Shown here: piece by piece, positions 26,590-38,460 of the stretch | Layout of the letters: each line of letters starts with the position of its first letter | How positions within the stretch are numbered: the stretch's first letter is position 1 | NCBI RefSeq assembly: GCF_963921235.1 | Contig: NC_086108.1 | Span: 1,798,001-1,862,000 of the forward strand | From: Mobula hypostoma | Taxonomy: Eukaryota | DNA length: 64,000 bases | Direction: 5' to 3' | Notes under the pieces: generated by a model | What the model was told of the DNA's origin: nothing | Databases searched by the model: none | The model's input: the letters and a program-made list of their open reading frames with translations, nothing else | Program-made: the position numbers and the translations under genes

Positions 26590-29500
26590 ACGTAGCTTAT
26601 CAGCGACGTCAACGGAGCTTTACCAACAGGGATTTCTCACAGGTCAGCAGCGGTTATTTAAAAAGGGAGCTTCGAGAGCGTTTGTCCATTGTATGTGGCC
26701 CATCAGCAGCATCAACAGAGCTCGGCGAACTAAATAAAAGTACAGAAGGGATAAGCGGAGCGGCCATTGAATGGGAGTAGGCCAGTGGTGAGAGTAGAAG
26801 CGACAGGCTTCAGCTCAGAAGAGGCGTCAGCTGTGTAAAGCGTCTGTTAAGGTTTCCTTTCTGTGTTTTTTTTCCCCTCTCTTACTGTTCCACTTAAATG
26901 GCTGTGGTATGCTCTTCGTGCCAGATGTTGGAGAACTGGGAGACCCAGAGTCTCTTGGGGAACTACATCTGCGTGAAGTGCACCGAGCCGCAGCTCCTTG
27001 AAGACTGTGTTAGGGATCTGGACAGCAACTGGATGACTGGCGGCTTTAAGGGAGAGCGAGGATATAATTGGTTAAAGTTACAGGGAGGTAGTTACCCTGA
27101 AGTTGCAGGAGGCAAGTAGCTGGGTGACCATCAGGAGAAATGGAAATAGGCAGTTAGAGCAGAGCACCCATGTGGCTATTCCTCTCAAAAACAAGTATAC
27201 GGCTTTGGATACTGTTGTGGGGGATGACCTCCTGAGAGAATGCCACGGCGACCTGGTTACAGGCACCGAGCACGGGACCACGGTGCAGAAGGGAAAGAGA
27301 GAGAAGAAGGGAGTGGTGGTGATAAGGGACTCGATAGTGAGGGGAACAGGCAGGAGGTTCTGTGGATGTGAACGGGACACCCGGATCGTATGTTGCCTCC
27401 CAGGTGCCAGGATCAGGGATGTCTCAGATCATGTCCACAGCATTTTGGAGGGGGAGGGGGAGCAGCCAGATGTCTTGGTACATATTGGTACCAATGACAT
27501 AGGAAAGAAAAGCAAAGAGGTCCTGAAAAGAGAATTTAGAGAGCTCGGTGGAAAGCTGAGAAGCAGGACCTCCCAGGTAGTAATTTCAGTATTGCTACCC
27601 GTGCCACACGCCAGTGAGGGTAGAAACATGATGATTTGGCAAATAATTGCGTGTCTGAGAAGTTGGTGCGGGGGGCAGGGCTTCAGGTTCCTGGATCACT
27701 GGGATCTCTTCTGGGGGAGGTATGACCTGTTCAAAAGTGACAGGTTGTACCTGAACCCAAGGGGAACCAATATTGTTGCGGGCAGGTTTGTTAGAGCTGT
27801 TGGGGAGGGTTTAAACTAATTTGGAGGTTGGGAACCGGAGTGAAGGGACTCAGGAAAGGACGGATGGTAAAAAGGTAAAGATAGTGTGCAGTCAGATTAT
27901 CAGGAAGGGCAGGCAGGTGATAGGACTTAGTTGCAGCCAGAAGGCTGAGTATCAAATCATTAGGGGTGCAGAATCAGAAAGGATAGCAAATACGGTACTC
28001 AAGGTGTTGTATCTAAATGCGCGTAGTATAAGAAATAAGGTGGATGATCTTGTTGCAATATTACAAATTGCCAGGTATGATGTGGCCATCACTGAATCGT
28101 GGCTGAAGGATGGGTGTAGTTGGGAACTGAATGTCCAAGGTTACACGTTATATCAGAGGGACAGGAAGGTAGGCAGAGGGGGTGGTGTGGTTCTGTTGGT
28201 AAGGAATGGCATCAAATTAGTAGAAAGATGTGGCATGGGATCGCAGGATATTGAATCCTTGTGGGTTGAGTTAAGAAACTGCAAGGGTAAAAGGACGTTG
28301 ATGGCAGTTATATACAGGCCTCCCAAAAGTGGCTGAGAGATGGACCACAGGTTACTGCAGAAAACAGAAAAGGCGAGTCAAAAGGGCAATGTTATGGTAG
28401 TCATGGGCGATTTTAACATGCAAGTCGATTAGGAAAATCAGGTTGGTAATGGATCTCAAGAAAGTGAGTTTGTTGAATGCCTAAGAGATTAGAGCAGTTT
28501 GTCATTGAGCATACTAGGGGATCAGCTATACTAGATTGCGTGCTATGTAATAAACCGGTAGTGATTAGGGAGTTTAAGGTAAAAGAGCCCTTAGGAACCA
28601 GTGATCACAATTTGATAGGGAGAAAGTAAAGTCTGATGCAGAAGACTGGGAAGTTTTTAAAAACCTACAGGGAGCAATAAAAAAAAATCATTAGAAGGGA
28701 AAAGATGAAATATGAAAGCAAGCTAGCAAATAATATTTAAGTGGATAGTACAAGTTTTTTCGAGTATGTTAAAAATAAACAGAGCGAATGGATATAGGAC
28801 CGCTAGAAAATGAGGCAGGAGAAATAATAACAGGGGCCAAGGAGATGGCTGCTGAATTAAATGAGTATTTTGCGTCAGTCTTCACTGTGGAAGACATTAA
28901 CAGTATGCCTGATGTTGTAGTGTGTGAAGGAAGAGAAGTGGGTGCAGTCTCTGTAACAAAAGAGAAGGTGCTCAAAAAGTTGAAAGACCTAAAGTTAGAT
29001 AACTTACCTGGACCAGAGGAACTGCACCCTAGGATTCTGAAAGAGGTTGCATTAGAAATGATCTTTCAAAACTCATTGGACTCTGGCAGCAGAAAGGAAA
29101 TTAGAGACCAATTAGCCTGACCTCAGTGGTTAGGAAGATGTTACAGTCAATTGTTAATGAGGTGATAGAGTACTTGGTGACAGAGGACAAGACAGTGCAA
29201 AGTCAGCATGGTTTCCTTCAGGGAAAATCCTGCCTGAAGAACCTATTGGAAATCTTTGAGGAGATTACAAGTAGGATAGATAAAGGGATGCAATGGATGT
29301 TGTATATTTGGACTTTCAGAAGCCTTTGACAAGGTGCCACACATGAGGCTGCTTACTAAGTTAAGAGCCCATGGTATTACAGGAAAGTTACTAACGTGGT
29401 TAGAGCATTACTGATTGGTAGGAGGCCGTGAGTGGGAATAAAAGGATCCTTTTGTGGTTGGCTGCCAGTGACTAGTCGTGTTCCGCAGGGGTTAGTGTTG

Positions 29501-30485
29501 GGACCAGTTTTTTTTTATGCTGTATAAAATGAATTAGATGATGGAATAGGTAGCTTTGTTGCCCAGTTTGCGGATGATACAAAGATTGGTGAAGGGGAAG
29601 GTAGTGTTGAGGAAACAGGTAGGATGCAGAAGGATTTGGACAGATTAAAAGAATGGGCAAAAAAGTGGTAGATGAAATACAAGGTTGGAAAATGCATGAT
29701 TATGCACTTTGGTAGTAGAAATAAATGTGCAGACTATTTTCTAAATGGGGAGAAAATGCAGGAATCGGAGATGCAGAGGGGCTTGGGAGTCCCTGTGCAG
29801 AACACCTTGAAGGTTAACTTGCAGGCTGAGTTGGTGGTGAGGAAGGCAAATGCCATGTTAGCATTCATTTCAAGAACTCTAGAATATAAGAGCAAGGAGG
29901 TGATGCTGAGGCTTTATAAGACACTGGTGAGACCTCACCTTGAGTATTGTGAACAGTTTTGGGCCCCTCATCTTAGAAAAGATGTGCTGGCATTGGAGAG
30001 GGTCTAGAGGAGGATTCCAGGAATGAAAGGGTTATCATACGAGGAATGTTTGATGGCTCTGGGTCTGTACTCACTGGAATTCAGAAGGATTGGGTGGGGG
30101 GGGGGAAATCTCATTGAAACCTTTCAAATGTTGAAAGGCCTAGACAGAGTAGATGTGGAAAGGATGTTTCCCATGGTGGGAGAGTCTAGGACAAGAGGGT
30201 ACAGCCTCAGAATAGAGGGGCACACTTTCAAAGCAGAGATGCGGAGAAATTTCTTTTGCCAAAGGGTGGTGAATTTGTTGCCACATACAAGTGTGGAGGC
30301 CAGGTCATTGGGTGTATTTAAGGTACAGATTGATAGGTTCTTGACTGGACATGGCATCAAAGGTTACAGAGAGAAAGCTGGGAACTAGGGTTGAGGAGGA
30401 GATAGAAAAACAGATCAGCCATGATTGAATGACGGAGAAGACTGGATGGGCCAGATGGCCTAATTCTGCTCCTATGTCTTATGAT
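26590..30485 (+). mobile_element. Near full-length CR1 LINE (ORF1 zinc finger plus SGNH esterase; ORF2 APE plus RT), degraded with internal deletions
   Basis: CSSC...CVKC; VVIRDSIVRG, CLPGARIRD, VHIGTND (esterase); YLNARSIRNK, AITESWL; QHGF, FADDTK, RPHLEYC; CR1 3' UTR at 30390-30485. Confidence 0.92.
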
Positions 30486-30787
30486 TCTCCACCTCCTTCC
30501 CTTTCTCCATTGGTTCACTCTCTTCTCTGATCAGATTCCTTCTTGTTCAGCTCTTTGCCTCTCCCACCTCACCTCCCAGCTTCATCCATCTCCCCCAGCC
30601 TTCCCCCTCACCTATCACCTGCCAACTTGTACTTTCCTTTCCTCTTCTCCCACCTCTCACCACCTTCTTATTCTGGCTTCTTCCCTCTTCTTTACAATCC
30701 CGATGAAAGTTCTCGGCCTGAACGTCGACTGTATTTTCCTTTCCATTGATACTGTCTGACCTGCTGAGTTCCTCCTGCATTTTGTGA
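30486..30787 (+). mobile_element. Penelope-like pseudo-LTR fragment with decayed hammerhead
   Basis: AATC-CCGATGA...GAACGTC-GACT at about 30696-30730, followed by CCTGCTGAGTTCCTCCTGCATTTTGTG. Confidence 0.65.
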
Positions 30788-31658
30788 TAACGAAGTAGTC
30801 TGCAAGTTCAAAATGGTGCCGAGCTGAGAACTAGGTTCTCAGGGAATTAATTTAATGGAAAAACTATAAATAGATCTTCTATCTTTTATTCCCAGAACAG
30901 TGACCAATGGTGAGTGGCATCACAAACATAATAGCTTTAGGGTTAGATAAAGCAGAGCAGGGGTTCCCAAACTGTGGTCCACAGACTCCTTGCTTAATGG
31001 CATTGGACCATAGGATAAAAAAGGTTGGAAATCCCTGAAACAGTGGGAGAAAAGGGTTAAAAGAAACTTTCATACAGGGGCATATGGCCTTTCATGCAAG
31101 ATGTGAGACTGTGAAAAAATCCAATGTTGACCAGGTAACAACCAAAGGGGAAAATTGAGGAGTGTTTAATGGCTCTGGGCTTGTACTTGCTGAAATGCAG
31201 AACGGTGGGGGAGGTGATTTCATTGAAACCTATCGAATATTGAAAGGCCATGATGAAGTGGACATTGAGGATGTTTCCAATATTGGGACAATCTAGTATC
31301 AGAGGAATCAGCCTCTGAATACAAGGACGTGCCTTTAGAAATGCGATGGAGGAATTTCTTTAGCCGGGGATGGTGAATCTATGGAATTCTTTGCCACAGA
31401 CACCTGTGGAGGCCAAATCATTGGGTGTACTTAAAGTAGACACTCTTGATTAGTCAGGGTGTCAAAGCTTACAGGGATAAGGCGGGAGAATGGGGTTGAG
31501 AGGGAAAATAAATCAGCCATGATGTAATGGCAGAGCAGACTCAATGGGCCAAATGGACTCAATTCTTCTTCTATGTCTTTTGGTCGAAATCAGACACAGT
31601 GCAGAGGCCAAAAAAGGGTGGATAGAGTAGGGAAGAGAGGGTCATTTCCTTTCCAGTG

Positions 31659-32815
31659 CAGTGGATTCCAGTTAACTGGGCCATCAGTTAACTGGGGCCA
31701 CTGCTTATTTGGGACAACTCCTAAAGAACAAAAACTAACTGAGAAAAGAGCCGGGATTCCCTTTGTTTATTTGGGACATTATGCCGTTTAATTGAGGCAG
31801 CAGACTGTTTCTAACTAGCGTCAGACAAGAGAAATTTGTGGTAGTTAGACACTACACCGTGCTTAGAGCAAACACTTTCTAAATAGTGTTAGTTGCGTGT
31901 GCTTGTTTAAAAATCAGAGATTTTTGTCAATGATAGTTGGTGAGAAATAAGCAGTAAAACAATTCAGAACCATTTTGCTCCCAGCAGTTTCAAGCATTCT
32001 GGCTTGCAGATGCCAGAAACGGCTCTGAGTGAAAATGAAACAACTTCACTACTTCAATAAGTTAGAAGCTATGAAGAATTAAAATATCGACAACTAGAAT
32101 GTTACAATGTAAATGAAAATTTGGAGGCTGACTTCACTGAAATTGTATGCTGATAGTCCATTATCTACACTAGGTGCCTGCGCCAATTCTGTTCATTTAC
32201 ACTCAAAAGAACACGGCAGTATACACTCAGGTCTCACCTGAGATTCCAAGGAGCTGTTTGCATGCAACAGCAGGCACATCCCCATACACTGCTTCAACAG
32301 GTGAGCTAAAGCAGGTGAGGGTAGCTGGCAGGCTTCATACCCCGGTGGGATAGGGACACGCCTGTCCTGGCATGCAAACTCAGCTCTGGCCGTCAGGATG
32401 GGTGAGATCCAATGGCCAGGAAGGTGATCCTGCAGTGTTACATGGAGAGTGAAGGACATAATGAGGTCATCCACTGCAACCAGCGAAGAACCTTGTTGTG
32501 ACGGTTACTCACACCACTGGACCCGGACTTCTGAGGTGGAGAAGAGTGGAACTGCCCCAGTGCAACGGCTTTTCTACTTCAAAAACTCTCCCACACAAGT
32601 TTCCTGCCATCGTCGGACACGATGGACAACCAGAAGTAGTATTGGTGTTCTCATTTGTTCTGTATTTCACTTAAATAATTCGTTACTCAGTTAAGTGGTA
32701 GCTTATCTTTTTTATTCTTTAAATATTTCCATGAAACTTCAGGTAATTGAGACAGCTGTTTAGCTGGGCCAAAATGTACTGGTCCCAATGTGTCCCAATT
32801 AACCGGAATCCACTG
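31659..32815 (+). mobile_element. Non-autonomous pogo/Tigger-like DNA transposon with an inserted repeat at about 32230-32630
   Basis: TIRs CAGTGGATTCCAGTTAACTGGG and CCCAATTAACCGGAATCCACTG-TA; homologous to 16470-20781 and about 36500-36740. Confidence 0.75.
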
Positions 32816-32915
32816 TATATGATACTTAATTTCAAGAAAACAAAATTCACAGGTAGAAGGTGGACTAGACAATTGTGATTGTTTACAGTACATAAACAAT
32901 TATTCCGTGACTCAC

Positions 32916-33132
32916 CTCATCGAGGACCTGGTGGTACTCCTGGTTTCTCTTGCTTGCTGCTCTCTGGTTTTTTGTCCGCTCCTTCATCAACTCCTGCTCC
33001 AGGCCTTGGATGACTTTTTTCAGTATTTTAATGTCCTTGGCGACAGCGGCTGTGCTCGAAAGCTTTACCTGCTCCTGGAGCTGCAGTATCATCACCTCCA
33101 GCTCCTGCTTCTCCTGCAGTAGCTTGTCAAAC
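32916..33132 (-). CDS. CCDC61: CCDC61 coding exon (coiled coil)
   Basis: FDKLLQEKQELEVMILQLQEQVKLSSTAAVAKDIKILKKVIQGLEQELMKERTKNQRAASKRNQEYHQVLDE. Acceptor TGTTCCTCAG, donor GTGAGT; 217 nt. GA+G completes the Glu codon from the previous exon; ends in phase 0. Confidence 0.92.
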
Positions 33133-33274
33133 CTGAGGAACACACAGAGAAAGAACCACAGTTAATCCTACCCTGCTTGGATCCTTCCCAGTTACGGACA
33201 GTGTGGGAGTCTAATAAAAGATTAAATTAAAGATCTTAGTTTAGTTGCTCAAGTTTAATTGTCATTCAACTATA

Positions 33275-33795
33275 CAGTTCTGGTCACCGCACTACAGGAA
33301 GGACGTTGAGGCTTCGGAGAGAGTGCAGAAGAGGCTTACCAGGATGCAGCCCTGTTTAGAACCTTGACAAACTTGGGTTTTCTCTGGAGCGGTGGGAGCT
33401 GAGGGGATATCTCATAGAGGTTCATAAGATTATGAGAGGCATAGATAGAGTGGACAGAAAGTATCTGTTTCCCAGGGTTGAAATGTCTAATACCAGAGGG
33501 CATGCATTGAAGGACAGATGGGGTAGATGCAAAGGCGGATACGAGGGGTAAGTTTTTTACTCAGAGAGTGGTGGATGTCCGGAATGCGCTGCATGGTATG
33601 GTGGTAGAGGCAAATACATTAAAGGCTTTTAAGAGATGTTCAGATAGGCACATGAATATGAGGAAGGTGGAGGGATATGGACCTTGTATAGGTAGGAGGG
33701 ATTAGATTTGTTTTTTAAAATTTACTTTTTAGCTGGTTTGGCACAACATTGTGGGCTGAATTGCTTGTTCATGTGCTGTACTCTTCAATGTATAA
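33275..33795 (+). mobile_element. CR1 3' fragment
   Basis: FWSPHYRKDVEA-ERVQKR remnant followed by CR1-type 3' UTR. Confidence 0.75.
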
Positions 33796-33924
33796 CGTAC
33801 CCCTGAATACAGCCAAATGAAACAGCATTACTCCAGGACCAAGGTGCAAGACACATTACCAACAGACATACACAGCGCAAAACACATACAAGATACCAGT
33901 AAAATCAAATTCATCATCATTATG

Positions 33925-34642
33925 AATGATGCAGTGTGGAGGATCAGAGTGATCTTGGGGTCGGAGACCATAGGACGCTCAAAGCAGCTGCGCAGGTTGA
34001 CTCTGTAGTTAAGAGGGCATAGAGTGTATTGGCCTTCATCAATTGTGGGATTGAGTTTAGGAGCCGAGAGGTAATGTTGCAGCTATATAGGACCCTGGTC
34101 AGACCCCACTTGGAATACTGCGCTCATTTCTGGTCACCTCACTACAGGAAGGATGTGGAAGCCATAGAAAGGGTGCAGAGGAGATTTGCAAGGATGTTGC
34201 CTGGATTGGGGAGCATGCCTTATGAGAATAGGTTGAGTGAACTCGGCCTTTTCTCCTTGGAGCAACAGAGGTTAAGAGGTGACCTGATAGAGGTGTATAA
34301 GATGATGAGAGGCACTGATCATGTGGATAGTCAGAGGTTTTTTCCCAGGTCTGAAATGGTTGCCACAAGAGGACACAGGTTTAAGGTGCTGGGGAGCAGG
34401 TACAGAGGAGATGTCAGGGGTAAGTTTTTTACTCAGAGTGGTGAGTGCGTGGAATGGGCTGCCGGCAACGGTGGTGGAGGTGGATACGATAGGGTCTTTT
34501 AAGAGACTTTTAGATAGGTACATGGAGCTTAGTAAAAAAAGAGGGCTATGGGTAAGCCTAGTAATTTCTAAGGTAGGTATATGTTCGGCACAACTTTGTG
34601 GGCCAAGGGCCTGTATTGTGCTGTAGGTTTTCTATGTTTCTA
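33925..34642 (+). mobile_element. CR1 3' fragment
   Basis: RPHLEYCAHFWSPHYRKDVEAIERVQRRF; TTCTATGT tail at 34630-34642. Confidence 0.88.
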
Positions 34643-34644
34643 TT

Positions 34645-35025
34645 AAGTGCCATGTTGTATGACGTGGGCAATCATGGTCCCCATGACCATGATCGTTCTT
34701 GGCAAATTTTTCTGCAGAAGTAGTTTTCCATTTTTTCTTCTGGGTAGTATTTTACAAGATGGGTTTTATCAATACTCTTCAGAGATTGTCTGTCCGGTGT
34801 CAGTGGTCACATAACAAGGACTTGTGATCTGCACCGGCTGCTCATACGACCATCCACCACCTGCTCCCATGCCTTCACGTGACCCTGATTGGGGGGGGGG
34901 GTTGGGGGGGTAGGGGAGGGGGCTAGGCAGGTGCTACACCTTGCTCAAGGGTGAACTGCAGGCTAGCGGAGGGAAGGAGCGCCTTACACCCCCTTTGATA
35001 GGGACGGATCTCCATCCCGCCACTA
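34645..35025 (-). mobile_element. SINE-like repeat (second copy at 45980-46290)
   Basis: About 300 nt shared with 45980-46290 (TTATCAATACTCTTCAGAGATTGTC...CATACGACCATCCACCAC). Orientation is inferred from an RTE-like GGCAAACCA tail motif. Confidence 0.6.
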
Positions 35026-35279
35026 CATCAGTAAAATACAGTCACAAAAAATATTTAGACCAAGACCCTGAGTCCATGAATGAATAAGGACAGTGTGAAA
35101 GCCATTGGCAGTTCTTTTTGAAACTGCGTAGTATTTTACAGCATAGAAGGCCATTCATTCCTCCAGCTCTACGCTTCCATAAAATAAAGAGAGAATGTTT
35201 GTCTTATACTAGAAATATCCCAACTGAGACTTGGTTGATGAAGAAATCCAATTGTGACAACTGACTGTTGTGCCATCAG

Positions 35280-35902
35280 GCGGGAGGAGAAGATGGCGGC
35301 GCACCTGCGTGTGCGCAGCCCTCCGGTGAAAAATGATATCGTATCTGTTAAATAGGGGCCGTGGACAATTCTGATTTGATGGTGAATCGACGTGAAACCA
35401 CAGAGGAACATCTGGAGAAATTTCTGAAACGCCCGTTCGCTGCTGTTGTTATTGTGTGGTCGGGAATCTTTCGGAGGGTAGGCCTCAAAATCCCCGGCCT
35501 TGCCTGCTTTTGGTGACCAATAAGGAGGTCAAATCGTTCGGACAGAGATGGCGCTCAGTACTCGGTGTCGGACAGCTGATCAGAGCTCGAAGTTTCCGGA
35601 TGACTCAGAGTCGGATTGTGGTCGGCATGGCAGGGAGAGTATTTCTTTCTTTTCTCCGTCTGTGTGAGATGTGGGACATTTGAGAGACTTTGAATTTTTT
35701 ACTGTGCTCATGGACTTCTTCATCAAGTTATGGTATTGTTGCACTGTTGTAACTATATGTTATAATTATGTGGTTTTGTTAGTTTTTCCAGTCTTGGTCT
35801 GTCCTGTGTTTTGTGATATCACACCGGAGGAAATAATGTATCATTTCTTAACGCATGCATTACTAAATGACAATAAAAGAGGACTACGTGTTTTCATAAT
35901 CT
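35280..35902 (+). mobile_element. Non-autonomous LINE-like element (CpG-rich 5' end GGAGAAGATGGCGGCG, AATAAA near 3' end)
   Basis: CpG-rich start typical of Rex/L2-type 5' ends; no coherent ORF; ends ATGACAATAAAAGAGGACTACGTG, with a short reverse-complement match at 44235-44265. Confidence 0.5.
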
Positions 35903-36924
35903 ATTGCATCCCACAGGGACAGACATGGACAGGGTCCTCCTTAGATGCCCATAAAGCTGCTCGCTCAATTATAGTGCAGACCCCATCCACTTGGAAGCAC
36001 AATAGACAATGCTGTCAATACCAAGTGCAAAGTAGAACATCAGCCATTACGTGCAGATTTTGACCTCAAAATAGCTTTTGAAACCAAGAGAGATTGTGGA
36101 ATATTGTTGTCATATTTGGCTGCCAACTTAAATTGGCATATTCCATCTTCTCCACAATGGTATCAAGCCTTTATCTCCACCACAATCTCAAACAAAGTTG
36201 CATCATCGCCCTAACATTTTTCCCATTCTTTCTCTACCTGACTGCAGTGCCTCACCCCCAGCCTGCTTCCCACTGATGTGGTGGCGATCTACAAGAGAAA
36301 TGGGAAACCGTTCCACCTACGTCACCCTTCCATCCCCCCACCACCCCATGCTAGGTCCAAGGTCCCTGAACATCAGTTACTGAGCTACAGTTTGCAGATG
36401 ACACTTACATATGTGCTTACTTGCTAGCCAACCTCCAAGTTCACTGAGGTCTACAGTTAATTGGGCAGGAAATCAAAGGTCCTTTAACAACCTACAACCT
36501 CACCCTCTAAAGATGCGATTCCCTTCATTTGTTTGGGATACTCTGCCACCCAATTGGGACAGGAGACTCTTGACGAACAGTTTCTAACCAGTTCAGCCGT
36601 GTGAACTCTGCGGCCATTAAACACTACATAGTACTTTGAATGAACAGTTTTTAAATAGCGTCAGTTGCGTGTGCTTCTGTTCAAAAAGCAGTGATTTTTG
36701 TCACTGATAGTTGGTGAAAATTAAGCAGTAAGACAAGATATCTACGGCAAAATGCTGGGAAACACAGATTTGTTGCATCACCTTCTGGTATGGAAGGGCT
36801 AGTGGACAGGATCAGGAAAAATGTTGCAGAGGGTTATAAACTCAGATAGCTCCACCACGGGCACTAGCCTCCCCATGGGACATCTTTGAAAGGTGATGCC
36901 TCAAAAAGGCAGCATCCGTTATTA

Positions 36925-38116
36925 AGACCATAAGACAAAGGAGCAGAAGTCGGCCATTCAGCCCATCGAGTCTGCTCTGCCATTTTATCATGAGCTGATC
37001 TATTCTCCCATTTAGTCCCACTCCCCCGCCTTCTCACCATAACCTTAGATGCCCCAGCTACTCAGATACCTATCAATCTCTGCCTTAAATACACCCAGTG
37101 ACTTGAACTCCACTGCCGCCCGTGGCAACAAATTCCATAGATTCACCACCCTCTGGCTAAAAAAATTTCTTCACATCTCTGTTCTGAATGGGCGTCCTTC
37201 AATCCTTAAGTCATGCCCTCTTGTACTAGACTCCCCCACCATGGGAAACAACTTTGCCACATCCACTCTGTCCATGCCTTTCAACATTCAAAATGTTTCT
37301 ATGAGGTCGCCCCTCATTCTTCTAAACTCCAAGGAGTACAGTCCAAGAGCGGACAAACATTCCTCTTATGTTAACCCTCTCATTCCCTGAACCAATCTAG
37401 TGAATCTTCTCTGAACCCTCTCCAACATCAGCACATCCTTTCTTAAATAAGGAGCCCAAAACTGCACTCAGTACTCCAAGTGTGGTCTTACCAGGGCCTT
37501 ACAGAGCCTCAACATCACATCCCTGCTCCTATACTCTATTCCTCTAGAAATGAATGCCAACATTGCATTCACCTTCTTCACCACCGACTCAACCTGGAGG
37601 TTAACCTTAAGGGTATCCTGTACGAGGACTCCCAAGTCCTGTTGCATCTCAGTACTTTGAATTTTCTCCCCATTTAAATAATAGTCTGCCCGTTTATTTC
37701 TTCTACCAAAGTGCATAACCATACACTTTCCAACATTGTATTTCATTTGCCACTTCTTTGCCCATTCTTCCAATCTATCCAAGTCTCTCTGCAGGCTCTC
37801 TGTTTCCTCAGCACTACCGGGCCCTCCACCTATCTTCGTATCGTCAGCAAACTTAGCCACAAAGCCATCTATTCCATAATCCAAATCGTTGATGTACAAC
37901 GTAAAAAGGAGCGGCCCCAACACAGACCCCTGTGGAACACCACTGGTAACGGCAGCCAACCAGAATGGAATCCCTTTATTCCCGCTCTCTGTTTCCTGAC
38001 AATCAGCCAACGCTCTATTCACGTATGTAACTATCCCGTAATTCCATGGGTTCTTATCTTGTTTAGCAGCCTCATGTGTGGCACCTTGTCAATGGCCTTC
38101 TGAAAATCAGAATATA
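36925..38116 (-). mobile_element. CR1 RT and 3' fragment
   Basis: GVPQGSVLGPLLF, KFADDTKIG, RPHLEY; closely similar to 50133-51325. Confidence 0.9.
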
Positions 38117-38145
38117 CAGCACCATGCAGAAGTCTTAGACACCTC

Positions 38146-38178
<33 letters not shown>

Positions 38179-38460
38179 TATATATATATATAGTGTCTTA
38201 AGACCCTTGAACAATATTATATTTGTCATCATGGAGCAGAAAGCGAGTTTGTAAATCTGGCGGGAGCAAAGGCTGTTCATGCCAGGGGTTGGGGGGTGGT
38301 GGCGTGGGTGCAGCCACACCCAGCCCTGAGACACCAGGCAGGGTCATTTGAATCCAAACAATTGGTTTATTGATCATTTGAGAATGTCTCTCTGGTGCTT
38401 CCTGCTCCCTCCCCTTTCCCTGACTCTTCCCACTCTCGATTCACAATACAGACCCATATT

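Noticed and set aside
27103..27819. Host SGNH/GDSL esterase gene
   Set aside because: It is CR1 ORF1, directly followed by APE endonuclease and RT sequence.
30958..31038. hAT-type MITE (CAGGGGTTCCCAA...TTGGAAATCCCTG; similar piece at about 63820-63898)
   Set aside because: Termini are suggestive but the 8-bp flanks do not match, and the element is too short and decayed to call.
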